Below are positions 25,301 through 37,375 of a DNA stretch of 64,000 nt, piece after piece. A model generated the notes under the pieces. It searched no databases and was not told the origin of the DNA. It was given only the letters and a program-made list of their open reading frames with translations. Position numbers and translations under genes: made by a program. Source of the stretch: Phoronis australis (lineage: Eukaryota > Animalia > Phoronida); assembly GCA_002633005.1 (NCBI GenBank), contig NMRA01000564.1, positions 89,438 to 153,437 on the forward strand, written 5' to 3'. Position 1 is the first letter of the stretch. The number at the start of each line of letters is the position of its first letter.

Positions 25301-27176
25301 TCTTTATTTATGGAACAGATGCAGTGAAATCCATTATACATTGTAGCACTCCAACCACGTGACCACGCTCTTTAGTGGTCGGCATTTTGCTAGATAAGCA
25401 CCCGAGCATACTCGAGAAACCTACCCGTTTCATGCGCGTAATTTTCCGAGATCTTGCACAACGAATGAAGTGAACACGTGATTCATGCACATCTGGAAAG
25501 GAATACTTCGCGATGTGTTTTTGCAACAACTGCGTTTAATGCGGAAGGTGGTTAATGAGGCAATTTTCCTTTACCCAGATTCGGGTAAATTAATGGGAAA
25601 TTGTGGCAAAGCAAGAAAATTTAACGGAAAACTAAGGGCAAGATATTAGAGAAGCCGCGTCAACGGCGACGTTCACTGAAATATATGAAATATTTTCGCG
25701 GGAAGAATAGGTGACAACCTGGTGTACAAATTTCCAGCATTTGTCTTCGAGTAGGCAAGACTGATGGTGTATATATTTTAGGGTCGACAAAGACTTGGTC
25801 GTAAAAGTTGCAGACTTCGGTTTGTCACGTGACATCTACGAGAAAGAATATTACAGCGTCAGTGATGAGAAACGCCCTCTTCCGATAAAATGGATGGCCA
25901 TTGAAAGTTTGAAATCTGGGATCTTTACAACGAAAAGCGATGTGGTAAGAGTATTTAAATGAAATCACGTACCTAAATCTACGACATCACTCCCACCAAC
26001 GCGTAACTGCTTCTGCTGGATAAATATATGTCCGGCGAGTACGGGCTGTTTCTGTAGGTCTTGCGGTGACTGTGCAGGATCAAACTCCCAAATTAAATTG
26101 CCACCGGACGACAAGCTTAGTGTTTTCACATAAAGACGTTTCCTGCAATTATATCTCGGCGTCTTGGCTTTGTAGAAGTTCGCTCTTGTCCGTCGTTTAA
26201 TTTTAATTTGTTTTGTCGTAACGGCACTTAGGAAATGGGGACGAGCTCCTCCTCCAGTGAAGCTGTGTGCGAAGGGAGGGGGGGCAGGGGGCGCACCTCC
26301 TTTCCACTGAGGAGACCAGAAAAACTAATTACAGCTCAACCTTGTTCTTCATTAATAGTGGGCTTATGGAGTCGTCCTTTGGGAACTCATCACCAGAGGC
26401 TGTGCTCCATATGCTGACGTCAGCAATTTTCAAGTCAAAGATTACCTGACTGAGGGACGACGATTGTCCAAACCAGAGTATGCTCCGACGAAAGTGTAAG
26501 TTAAGAGATCTATGGCTCGCTTTTCGTGATTAACTGGAGACATCAAAATTTAGAAGTGGTTTTGCTCCCACAGCGAAATGCACAGAATAAGCACACTGTT
26601 TTTCGGTTTTTAAAGGGTGTCGCACCCGGTTTTGACTTATTAAGCGGTGACAGACCAACATTCTCCTAACACGGCTGGCAATTTTTAACATTTATAAGCA
26701 TATTTATGTGGTAAATTCACCGATTTTAAATTCAGCGAATGCCTGGAGACAACGGTGAAATTGGCGATTTAGGTTTTGCTGTTTTACAAGTCTGGTCAAA
26801 GCTAATAACTTCAACGCGTCTATCCCATCCAATGATGTTCCCAAGACTATGTTTCTTGACCGTAAAACTGGTGATGTCCCTTTGATATGAGCTGAAATGA
26901 TTGGGATTATTAAGATCATTGTCCTCATTATCGTTATTATTCTGTCAGTTTGTCAACATTGTCGTATTGTATTGTAGATATCAGCTGATGACACAATGTT
27001 GGCTTGAAGAGCCCGATAGTCGTCCTCATTTTAAAAACATTGTCCCTCGCCTCATGCTCATCGTGAATAGCCAATCACAGGCTAAGATTAAGGACGTGCC
27101 AATCATGAAAGTGGAGGACTACTTACAACCATTAACGATGGAACATGTACAAAAAGCTCAGTCCAGTGACGTGTGA
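10317..27176 (+). CDS. MET/RON (HGF receptor)-like receptor tyrosine kinase with ectodomain signal peptide-TSP1-C-type lectin-EGF-IPT x3, TM helix and intact tyrosine kinase; about 973 aa (1027 aa with one optional exon)
   Basis: In-frame GT-AG exons: 10317-10635 (signal peptide, [21 protein letters not shown]1); 13453-13614, 14770-14889, 15128-15247 (CTLD: [32 protein letters not shown]); [15343-15504 optional]; 15597-15694 (EGF-like); 16158-16288, 17024-17185, 18126-18231, 18699-18868, 19088-19217, 19438-19608 (IPT: [37 protein letters not shown]); 21449-21683 (TM + RRKKVRR); 22041-22160; 22382-22465 (GRGHFGKV, VAVKSL); 22765-22949; 24151-24260 ([10 protein letters not shown]); 25782-25944 ([27 protein letters not shown]); 26359-26495; 26978-27176. 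Confidence 0.92.
11605..11832. repeat. Minisatellite, about 60-bp unit x 3.8, in RTK intron 1
   Basis: Repeating GAGTTATACATACT..TTCAGAGTGCCTCCCCTGATTGTGAATGGGTCCCCAGCAGCAG. Confidence 0.9.
13870..14298 (+). mobile_element. Possible solo LTR
   Basis: TGTAAC...GTTAC termini around a slightly GC-richer 430-bp block; no convincing TSD seen. Confidence 0.25.
15747..16030. mobile_element. Foldback MITE with about 95-bp imperfect TIRs
   Basis: TAACAGCTTATTATTTAAAAT..CTTATTCTTAT.AAAATGACA.AGGCAAAAAT.GAATTTCGGG is mirrored by CCCGAAATTCGATTTTTGCCTTTGTCATTTTAATAAGAATAAG..ATTTTAAATAATAAGCTGTTA. Confidence 0.85.
18546..18625 (-). mobile_element. tRNA-derived SINE head (degenerate)
   Basis: The minus strand reads CCCGGGTTCGAGTCCCGATCGGGGC (B-box/T-arm); no full cloverleaf. 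Confidence 0.45.
19983..20253 (+). mobile_element. About 270-bp MITE (CATGCGCGCACCCAG TIR), copy 1
   Basis: TIR CATGCGCGCACCCAG...CTGGGTGGGCGCATG; internal AGAAACAAAA.GTCCGAG and TCCACTAAA are shared with 38463-38729. Confidence 0.75.
24469..24900. mobile_element. MITE with imperfect TIRs and internal direct repeats, in a kinase intron
   Basis: GTGTACCGC.TTG.CCGC...TTAGACCCATGGGC at left and GCCCATGGGTCTAA...GCGGCCAAGCGGTACAC at right; CCTACATC.G.ATTAAT and TATTGGCGCATGC each occur twice internally. Confidence 0.75.
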
Positions 27177-30100
27177 ACCGGTGACACCATTGGTGTGACG
27201 TCATTCTTGACTTGTGGAGATTTGTATTGTCAACTGAAGATAAAAATGTGATGAGTACGGTTTGCACGATCACAGAAATGCGCTGCCCATAATTTTAATC
27301 TGATGTTTCACCTGTTTTTTTAAAAGTATGAGTCTACGATTTGCTCTTGAGAGAACTGAGCGATGATGACGTTGGCTAACTAGGCCCTAGGCTTTTTAAC
27401 AAGTTGGAACTGATTTCAGCACTTTTGGAGAGTGCGGTTGAATTGTGTTCACGCAAGTCCGTGCGCGTGTGCATTTAAAGTTGTGAGTTCAACGTCTTGG
27501 TCTCAAGGCTCTGCAGTTCACAATTGCCATTGGTTTCCCATCCACTTTGAGAGCGTCAAGTATGGAACAAAAGTTCACATCCACACGTTTTGGGAACTGT
27601 AGCTGTGAGAGTCAGCTCTGAATTAAGTAGTCTTGGATAAATTCTGTGTGCATTTGCGATTTCTATGATAATTTGTCAAATAAACGTCAAAACGGTTGAA
27701 TTGTCTTGTGCTCTACACTCGATTTGGTGGGTGAACCAGTTGCTGGCTGTTTATGTTCCTTTAGCACTGTAGTTTAATTTATTAAAGTCATGACGTCATC
27801 ATTCATTTGTTCAACTTATTACAAGATCAAATTTCTAATAATTCAGAAAACAAAACGAGGGAATTACATCGAGATCACAAGTTACTCAAATTAATTGGAT
27901 TGGGTGTGACTGTTTTTTCAGCCTATCGAAATGCAACCAGCCATTGTCCGTCTGCTTTCAGTAACTGTTCGTGATACTATACTTGAAATTTAACATTGGT
28001 GGTCTTTCCTCTATGCAACCACTCACCATATTTCAAAATGTTAAAGAAACAACTGGTAAGGACCGACAACAGGATTTGCACGCAAGTGGACCAGAAAGCG
28101 TTCACTGTTCACTGTGGAGTATCCGGTGAATTCCTTGGCACATCAAAGGCTTGATTGCATCCTTACAGATTGAAGTGAGCTAGTCGTTATGGCCGAATGT
28201 GTATTGGATTAGATAATTGCGGTCGTACACCTGTTTAGCGTACGACTCAAATTAAAAAAACTAACAATATGCAAGACAAATTACCAACATGACCCTTTTT
28301 TAGTGCCAAGTAAATCTTAGCCGTTTTTGAATTTTTAAAATCAATGCCTCATAACAGAACTTAGCGAATAGGTTTTCTTCAGTATCGCGGCTAAGCCACG
28401 CACATTAATATGTGAATAGATTAGGACATGTTAATCACACTCTGCCTTGAGCTCGCTTAGGCGTTGGGATAACATTGCCTCAAATGTTGCGTAGGAGTTG
28501 CCTCATGGTATTAGCAGTTTCCTAAGTTGTCGTCCAGTTATTTTAAATTAAATTAAGTGAATCGCGCACACAGTGGAGTAAGCTAGTAATCAAATTTAAA
28601 CTATCGTGCAAGATGAAATGCACATTTCCATTAATTTTGAGTTTCTATTGAAATCTATGTCATCGTACAGATAATTCGACTTTAAGGTAAATATCCAGCT
28701 TTACATGAGCATATCGAATCAGAGGCCTTGTCAGTTTTCAAGTGAAGGTGAACCCCTTGTGGGGTTCTTTGGATTTTCGCTGGCTCCGAAATACTTTTGC
28801 TGGAGCACTTTTTTCATCGTCGCAGCTTACAAATTCCCAAGTCACGAATCTACGATTTTAAGCTGAAAAGTGCCGCCTGATGTCTTTGTCAAAGCGTTTA
28901 CGGAAAGTGCAAAAAAACGCTCATCAATTCCACCAGGAACGTTGTTTAGCGACTGTGTATTTGCCTCTGACATCTTGCTTGTTTGTCGGGTGTCACGTGA
29001 CTTTTCGCAATGAGGCGGAGCTTGCGATAGGTCAATTGATCAACGGCTACCACTGATGACATCACGTGGCGGGAAATCAAAAAAATCATTAACTTTTATT
29101 TAAAATTCAAAATTATTCAATTATTTCCCAAAATAAGTGCTTGTTTAGCTATATTTTGGGTCAAAAATTTATTATGCCGAGACTAAAACCTCAAAAGTGG
29201 AGCAACCATTGTAGGACCGCCTTAACGTGCAAATAGAAGATTTGCATGAATCGTACGTTGTTAGATATTGTGCCAGACAGTGACGAGTCATCGTCACAGT
29301 AGTCATAGCGTCCGAAGTTAATTACCTTTATCCTATTTAAGTCCAACGATATCAGAATGCGTCGTAATCTCATTCAGCTGCGGTTTATGATGCATGTAGT
29401 CTTTGTTAGCTCCTAACAGATGTCATGTTCGTTTTGTATCCAGGTTTTTTACATCATTCCCCGTAGTTTTCAGAATAGATAAAAAGTTCAGTTTACAAAT
29501 GCAAATAAAACGGTGATATAAGTGCAACTCTACCTACTCTCTGTAAGACCTGCATTCATCACCTATTTAAATGCGGGATAATTTGAGATCAACTTCGTAA
29601 AAATTAATGGTTTAATTCAAAAAAAAGTTTTGATTTATTTTGAAAGTGAGTTTTCATAAAACATGTGATATTTTGTTTTTTTTTAGATTTAGTATATTGA
29701 GTTGAATAGTGTCATGTCGCTTCTAAGTTACGTTTACAAGTAGGATACAGTAATGTAGTTAACCACGTTTAATTAAAATAGTGTACGACCTAGTTAGCTT
29801 TTTTCCCTTTTCTAAGTACTCTTCTGTTCTTGTAGAACATTTTAAATTGCCATCTCATGTTCATCAAGCTCGAAAACTGACAAGGAGTATAATCATTTGT
29901 TGTGTTCTCACGTTCTCAGTTTCATAATTCAAGATCTATTGCCGCAAGCACTTCGAGGGAACCCGCCCCGCGCCAGGTGTCCAACGATGGGGGAAGAGGC
30001 AATTACGGCTCTCCGACGGATGTGACGTGTATTGCCCTATTATGACGTGATTTGGATGAAATAAAAAATAACATTGAATTGCCAATGATTTCACAGATTT

Positions 30101-30512
30101 CTTGGGTTTTCTAACATCCAGGAAACCAAGGGCGTCTTCAGTACCTGTTACTTTACAAAATTGTTTGTTTTAGATCGGTGTTCGCCGAAATTGTCGGCCC
30201 CTTGGCACCGTATGCTCTCTTGTGAATTGAGATTAATTATTATCATTTTCAGAGCGCTAAATAATTCGCTGTATAAAAACTGGCCAGGTTATTGGTATCG
30301 TTTTTATTTTTGGCATTTGAAATTTAATGTTACTGGGTCCAACGAATAGGAATATGGGTAGTTGTAATGTAAATGAATCAGAAAAACACAAAAGTATTTT
30401 GGCATTCACTGTATTTCTTGTGCTATACAAAGAAACAATGGAAAGCAGCCAGCAACTTCCAAATTTCAAAACACAGGCGTGTTGTTTAGCATACTTTGGA
30501 ATTTTTTGTTTT

Positions 30513-32539
30513 TTAAGGAGTATCTACGACTGGTGGCAGATACTCGCAACCGCAGCACAGCACCTTGATGGAGACCTTGGCTTCCACGGGATCGATAGAT
30601 TTATCCTGGAACTTGTTGCATTTTGCTGGTAAAACCACCTCGTACGATTTATTGATACACTGGCCCATCAAGTTACACCCATAGTTGACGCAACGCTTCC
30701 TAGGTAGAAAGAAACGTTAAAGTAATTACGGGAGTGCCATACGGAAAACAATATTACATGGCACTATTGCGCTCAATTTATTCAACTTGTATGGCATAAA
30801 CACTTTTAGACATGTTAGGTTCGAATTACTTCTTTTTCCTGCGCTTATCAAATAATGGCTCTTAATTTCAAATATTTCCTTTGGCATAAACTTAAACCAG
30901 CTCTTGTTGGAGTTTGTAGAGGAACCTGGGCTGAGTTCTGTAGAACTTCGATATTTTATGTAGTTGAGCGACCTCAATGCTCAACAATGGCCTCGTCACA
31001 AGCGTTTTGCGATATCCTATTGTTATCCAGCGCGCTATTATTACTAAGCAAACGGGTCTGGATGGATTTTTACTGAAACGCATTTTATGGGAGTTTTAAA
31101 TACTTTTAATTTGTTGTCGACTTTTTCAATTTTGATATTTTGTGTTTTCAACTTAGTCCACTGAAAAACAAAAAGTGAAAATTCCACACCTTGTTGGAAA
31201 GCCTCATCAAATTAAACTAACGATCGAAATACTTTGAAAACATGCTGATATCTTTGCACGTACTAAGTTAGTTTTATGTTTTGGCTTCAGCTATTTATCA
31301 AAGCGGCGTAGGTAAAGGTTTTATTGATTATCGTTTTGACCTTGAAACAAAAACTAAACTTGTAATGAACTCTCTTTAAAGTTTTAATTTTTTTATTCCC
31401 TTTTGTTTGCTACGAAGAAACAAACATCACAGGGATATATTTTTAGCTATTTTAACTCAAACAACGTCACATAGATATGTGCCATTTGACCTTCTCAAAA
31501 GCGTACATGTAGTTTCTGAAAGTACCCTATTGAATAGCGTGTGGTAATAGGTGTATCAATGTTAACACGGGTATGCAAACTCAATTTGTCTCTCTTTATC
31601 TTTTTGCCTCTACTAATTGAAGATTTGTGAACTCAAATGAAATATCAGTCCGAACGAGTTTTCACTCACTATGTATATTTTAGAAATTGCAGCTTCAAGT
31701 AAAATGGCAGTTGCGGTGCCTTGGCCTACGAATGGACAAAGCTGTAAACATTTAAGTTTGTTTGATACTAGTCATTTTGCTGACGCCCGCGTGGTCTTTT
31801 TCGGAAATCAAATTTGTGTTGTGGAAAGATATGGGAAATAAACTGTATGGTTAAGTAACACTGCCCAGTTTTCGTGCCATAGGCAGCAGGTATGGAGAAA
31901 ATTTTCTTTTAATTTTGCTTTAGTTTGTTGAAATCTGGAAAAATCTAAAACTCCCCTCCAACCCCCTTTCCCTTCCTCCACTCATTAAAAGTGAATTCTA
32001 AATAACACCAAAATTGACAATAATAAACTTACTTTGGTTCCACGCAGTGCCAACTTATCAGTTCATGTTCCTTCGAGATAAAACAGTTACCAAGTTGATC
32101 GCTGGTGTACGGACCGAGGGGCAAAGATTCCGGTTTGACTTTACAGTTGTTACAGGCGCAATGGTACGCCCCATTGTCCATCCCGCTACAAACTACGGCG
32201 AGGACAAGTGCAGTTGCGACCGTCTGAAATAAAGATACACGTTCGCAATTCTACTTGCATATTTAAAGAGATCGTGTACTTGCTTATAAATATTGACATA
32301 TATCTCTCGACGTTTTTAGTACGAAGATATATATTTCAATTAGTCAAAAAGCAGTTGGCTCTACCCATTTACGACAAGGCAGTTCAACCAATCACGACTC
32401 GTGAGGTAACAACAGGTAATTGGAACATAGTTTTTGAAAATTCCTTACCAAGAATAAAAAATAAAGATCATTGAGAACAGCTAGCGCAGTTGAAATAAGT
32501 CAAAGCAAATTATAATCAATTAATTACCAACAGCTTCAT
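30513..32539 (-). CDS. Secreted 12-cysteine protein, Spaetzle/neurotrophin-like cystine-knot candidate, paralog 1 (129 aa)
   Basis: Exons (minus) 32539-32528 (MKLL), 32223-32033, 30699-30513, canonical splice sites: MKLLTVATALVLAVVCSGMDNGAYHCACNNCKVKPESLPLGPYTSDQLGNCFISKEHELISWHCVEPKKRCVNYGCNLMGQCINKSYEVVLPAKCNKFQDKSIDPVEAKVSIKVLCCGCEYLPPVVDTP*. Exon structure and all cysteines are conserved in two paralogs. The fold assignment is inferred from Cys spacing. Confidence 0.88.
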
Positions 32540-32589
32540 CTTGCTCGGTGCTCACGGGTTGCTTAGACACGAAGTGCGGGTCTACCAGA

Positions 32590-32670
32590 TGCGTCAGTGA
32601 AATGAAATTACAGGAGCTGAGTGCCGTTGATAAATACGTGGATAGCGTTCACGCATGCGCGTCTGTGCCG
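32590..32670 (-). promoter_or_regulatory. Proximal promoter of paralog 1 (TATA-like TATTTATC, GCGCATGCG element)
   Basis: About 90 nt upstream of the ATG and conserved in position with paralog 2 (TATTTATA, CGCGCATGCGCG). Confidence 0.5.
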
Positions 32671-33159
32671 TCGGCATGAAAAAAGCTGAGAATGAATAAA
32701 CAAGGATTAAAACTATAGAATTGCAAATTTTAGTATTTAATGTTGAATCATTTACCGTTATTAGTATGATTTAGAGGGCGGAGAGTAAATGAAAAGAGAT
32801 TAGCTAACACAGGTGGCGAAAATACATGCGACGTGTCATATTTGGCATGATCGGTCATAACCGATTTGTCGGCTAAATTAAAGCGACATGATAGGCAAGA
32901 ATGGAACACGCATCTCCAAAATTTAAAGAGGAAATTGCAAGGTCCAAGCCAATCTGAACAACAATATGGTCTAAATTCTAGTTTATAATTATCATTGCTA
33001 TATTCTTAACATTAACTGAATTGTACGCCGCTATACAAAGTTATTTAAATATTTAGTGCCGTGGTGTTGTAACGCCATCGTTGTAACGGAGAATAGAAAC
33101 GGCGCCATTTTCGTTCGTTACACATCTGTGACGTGGTGTTGGGGAACACAAAGGAAGCA

Positions 33160-35112
33160 ATGTGTGTCCAAGTGAGTACAGCAGCGTAGATGAGAAATAC
33201 TTTGAACGATACAGGGACGGATAGGTGGACTTTTCAGATGATTCCGACCTTTCGGACGTGGAGGTAGAGGTGACAGATTCCAGAGGAACAATATGTGTTC
33301 ACAGCTTTTCTGTAGTGGAGCCGTTCTCCCTCGATCCCTTTCACGGCCCTTTCTCTGGTCGCCGAAGACTCACTCCCAGTGGGTTCGTCCTGTGAACGTC
33401 AACAGGCTGAAGGTGCGCAGGAGTTGCGATTAGATGTTAGTGATTGGTAAGTCAAGAATGTATCCTACAACCGCGAATTATAACTTGGTCTTTTTTAATT
33501 CAAAAGTAGGTGCTTTACCAGTCAGTCCCAGGCGCCTATATCCCCATTGGTGAATCGTGTTTCAGCCGTGGATAAATACCAGTTTCAGTGATAAAACTGG
33601 GATTTTTTTTGCATTTTAGCAAGTCACTCAAAAAGTGTTAGGTCTCTGATTATTTGTGGACAGTGTGGCTCAGTGGTTTGAGCTCGTGAGACTCAGGTTC
33701 GAATCCTGGGTTTCACTGGCATGCAATTGAGCATTCAACAAAATTGTCTCTTACTTCTCCGAGACTGAGCGGGGTGTTATTAGTGAGTGAATAAATGTAT
33801 GCAAGGGAATGAATGAGCACCACTTTGGAATAATCGACTGTGAATTGTAAAGAAGAGGATGAAAGAATTGCAATTTTATAATTTAGACTTTCTCACCTTG
33901 GTGCTGGGGGAGGGCATAATTCTATTGGTTATAGAACAAGTCATTTCATTTTCGTACTCAAGTCAACTCGGACCTATATCAATCTACGAATGTGTTCCAA
34001 AACAGTTTTATTTTGTAAGGCGATGCTTGAAATGGAAACAACCATTTCATGTCGATGTACATTGACCCAATGTTGCCATTATTTATAAATGAAATATGGT
34101 ACATGGCTTGGTTACGAGTCGACTTGGGTAGGAACCGCCTGGTAAAGTTTCTATAGAGTAAAGAGAGCATACCATTGGATTGGTGATTGCCATACAGCAT
34201 ATCAAGAAGTTTTAATGTATACTGTAATATTTAAAATATGGGCGACCCTTTGAGTGGCAACACTGCTTTTCAAGTTGGCTTGTCCCATTGTCATTGTCTA
34301 GTTTGATTAATGGTATGTGGGTGCCGATAGGATTCAGATTGGGAGAACAGGTCTCACGACTACATACAAAACAGTCCCCTACATCAATGAATCAGGGCAA
34401 CTACCTTTTGTCTTAGGGTCAGCTAAAAATCAAACAAGTAATGTCCATTACTATATCCCCCGGGCATGATCTACCACTGCCTTGGGTGTAGCACTATTCA
34501 TTTGTATGAAAAAGTAAATATCTTTACTATATATGATCAATTTGTACAAAAAATAAATAGGTTGTGATGTTCCAACCAATTTTCCTGAAAACTGAAGTCG
34601 TATGCAGACCCCTCACATTGGTAGAGGCACTCTTGGTAATTTTTTCAATTCGAAATTTTGATGTTTACTGAAATAATGTATTATTGTTGACACATCTTGC
34701 AGGTGCACCTGGGGCAACTGTCAGACAACCTCAGTTGTTGAAGAAAGAGTATGTTGCCAAGAGGTTGACAAGGTTGTTGCAAAACTTGATGAAGAAATGA
34801 AGCGTGACAACTAACACAGAAGAAAAAATGTATTGTGGAGCATGGGGGTTTAAACCTGTATACATCAATCGTGGTGTTTTGGAGACTGCGTGGTTGCAGT
34901 CAGTACAAAAGCCAATATCCTGATGGCTATGACAGACCCTTGGATAAAAGGATTTGACCCGTGGCTTACAGACACTTCCAAAGATGGGTACGCGGTCACT
35001 TAGGACGAACAGTCCGTGTTGTCATTCCAGCATGCACAGTAGCCTGCATCAGAGCTTTCTACCCTCCGCCAGAAAATGAGGAAGACTTTGAGTTCCAAGG
35101 ATTTTCTTAATA
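33160..35112 (+). pseudogene. KolX-like accessory gene remnant (cysteine-rich, P2X7 C-terminal-like) inside the Kolobok element
   Basis: Acidic N-terminus ...VVEPFSLDP...RLDVSDW, an intron, then (from about 34703) CTWGNCQTTSVVEERVCCQEVDKV...CIVEHGGF...INRGVLETAWLQ...AYRHFQRWVRGHLGRTVRVVIPACTVACIRAFYP...FQGF, with stops and frameshifts. Confidence 0.75.
33661..33715 (+). mobile_element. tRNA-derived SINE head nested in the Kolobok element
   Basis: A-box TGGCTCAGTGG and B-box GGTTCGAATCC without intact tRNA arms. Confidence 0.5.
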
Positions 35113-36192
35113 GTTTCATCCATTTATAACCCTGGAATGCCAACTCCTCCACATGACCTATGTATTCTGTTATAAAAACTTGTGACTCGGGGACTAGTTT
35201 TATGTAATTCAAACGAGTTGCAAAAAGTTGTAATGACAAATTACGTAGAAAGATCAAACATCATAACAAACGAATGCAATCGCAGTGCAACCTCAGCGGC
35301 ATGAAATTGAAGTAGGCATTCCATCAATAGACTTCTGTGGTTTCAGAATGGTAAATAATTAACACAGCGAGCAGCATTTATTGATGCTCATCAATCTGGT
35401 TACTTATAATAACATGGTCATGACAAGTGTAATTTAACTAGGACTACATTATAAACCTCTAAACTCAACATCAGTTGAACTTATGGTTTACCTAGGTAAA
35501 CAGAGGAATTGGTCTCATTGGTGTCCAGTTTGTGTGGTTGAAGCGAACACATTGAACAGTATGGCTGTTACATAAAAAATTAAAAGTTTTGAATCAGGGC
35601 CATAGTCTGAAGTCGAGACTGAATCTTCTGCCCTCTTCTTATATAGTAGAACTCTTTAAATTGGTAGCGCTTCAGTGGGAACTTTAGAAAGGTTAGCATT
35701 AATTCCGCAGTAATGCCTCCAAATAACTCTAACTTTGATGAAATATCTCAGTCTCACTGGATACAGCTTAGCGAGTTCTACTGTAATTCAATGAGAAATC
35801 AAATAACACGACACAGCAACCACTGAATCTCAACCCAAAAGCTCCAGTATGCAATAGCTTTAGATGTCTATGACATGGTGTGAAAACACAAAAAGTATGC
35901 ACATGAGTAGGAATTGGGAACTCTTGAGGGAGTGCTTATACCACTCACTCAAAAATTCCCAAGACAATGTTCGAATACTGTGCAAGTGATTATTCTGTGT
36001 ACAATTTAGATGAGATTGTCGCACGAAAAGACTGACTACCCAAACAAGTACCTTTTCACCCCCACTTAAGAAAGTCTTCCTTTACCGACCCACTGTATGG
36101 GACAGCAACAGTTTAGTGCAAATCAAATATACTTAAAAAAGCTATGCTGCAATATTTATAGTCATTGTATTGAACAACTAGTGAAATGTTTC

Positions 36193-36338
36193 CAGGTGCG
36201 GATCCAGGATTTTGAGTTAGGGGGGCCATGGCACGGTATTAGCCAGGATTTTCCCGTCAGACATTCGCACCCCCAAACAGTCAAATGGAACCTGGGAGAT
36301 ATTAAGGGGGGCATGGCCCCCCTCTAAATCTGCCACTA
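36193..36338 (+). mobile_element. Short MITE family, copy 3, nested in the Kolobok element
   Basis: Matches 6788-6942 and (inverted) 1527-1663. Confidence 0.75.
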
Positions 36339-37129
36339 GTTTCAATGTAAGAACATAGTATATCACTGGGTTTATCTATACAAATGGGACAGCCAAATAC
36401 CACACACAAAAGCTTTTCACAATTTCCACTACTGGTACTATAAACACTCTGGCATTGCTATCTATACCACTATCAAAACTTTGATCTAAAACATTGGTAG
36501 TTACTGTTAAATATGTGACGGAAAGAAATTCCAGTGCTGTCTATTGACAAAGCACCAAGTCTGAGTTTATCTGTGCCACGGCATCCTTGGACACATCTGG
36601 AGCACCAGCAGTCGGCATTGGAGGGGCATCAATTTCTAAGCGAATTTCAAGATCTCCAGCTTCTCTTTTGTTCCGCACTAGTGGAAGGTGTTCTCCTTTC
36701 ATTTACATACTCTGAAAAGCACAACAGCGGCAATTCAAAAGTAAAAAAAAAATTTTAAATCCAGAGTTGTCCATGATTAAAGTAAAACACGATGATATCT
36801 AATTGCAAGTTTTCGCCTTCTTTTATAACCTTCAAGCAAATGCCAAAACTAGATTTTAATCCTGTTTTTTTTGAAACAGACTACTTTGCCATCCTGTTTT
36901 ACTTTATTCATAGTCTGCATTCTTTTCAAAATACATGCATCTTTTGAGATCAGCTTTATTTGTTGTGGCTTTTAGTTTTACTGATCCATTTATAACTAAA
37001 TCTTTCACGGAAAAACAGCAGATTTTAAACACTTGAGAACTACGGTGATTGTGAAAAAAGATTGTTATTGTTCAGGCCCGGCGAAAGCGTCATGAATTAT
37101 TAGACATCAAAATTCTCAAGGTAACTTAC

Positions 37130-37375
37130 CTTTTTATAAGACCAGCTTCAACCTTCATGATGTGTTTGTCGTCAAAGCAGCCGTCCTCAAAATGGTCGGA
37201 GCATATTTCGGCTCCGACAGATGGCTGACTCGACAGTCATTTTCAAAAGACGAGCAGAGCACACGAAAACCTGCCATTACGCAGCCAGATGCTTGTCTTT
37301 TTAGAATTTAAATGGGCTCAAGCCTTCCACCTGGGTGGAGTTGAAATAGTTAGCATACACACACCGATGCACCAT
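37130..37375 (-). pseudogene. THAP-domain exon remnant (presumed transposase N-terminus) of the Kolobok element
   Basis: MVHRCVYANYFNST...FKF*KDKHLAA*WQVFV..., frameshift, AEICSDHFEDGCFDDK, then a GTAAGT donor; two in-frame stops. Confidence 0.75.

Larger units (their letters stand above)
29270..32922. repeat. Segmental duplication unit A (paralog 1 plus flanks), homologous to about 50598-56990
   Basis: Alignable non-coding blocks: 29270-29530 vs 50598-50870; 29770-30060 vs 52311-52590; 31510-31570 vs 55388-55450; 32520-32920 vs 56430-56850; homology resumes at 37645-37780 vs 56850-56980. Confidence 0.85.

Noticed and set aside
10317-27176. Naming the RTK as the MET ortholog
   Set aside because: No Sema/PSI domain and no MET docking motifs; orthology needs a phylogeny, so no symbol was given.
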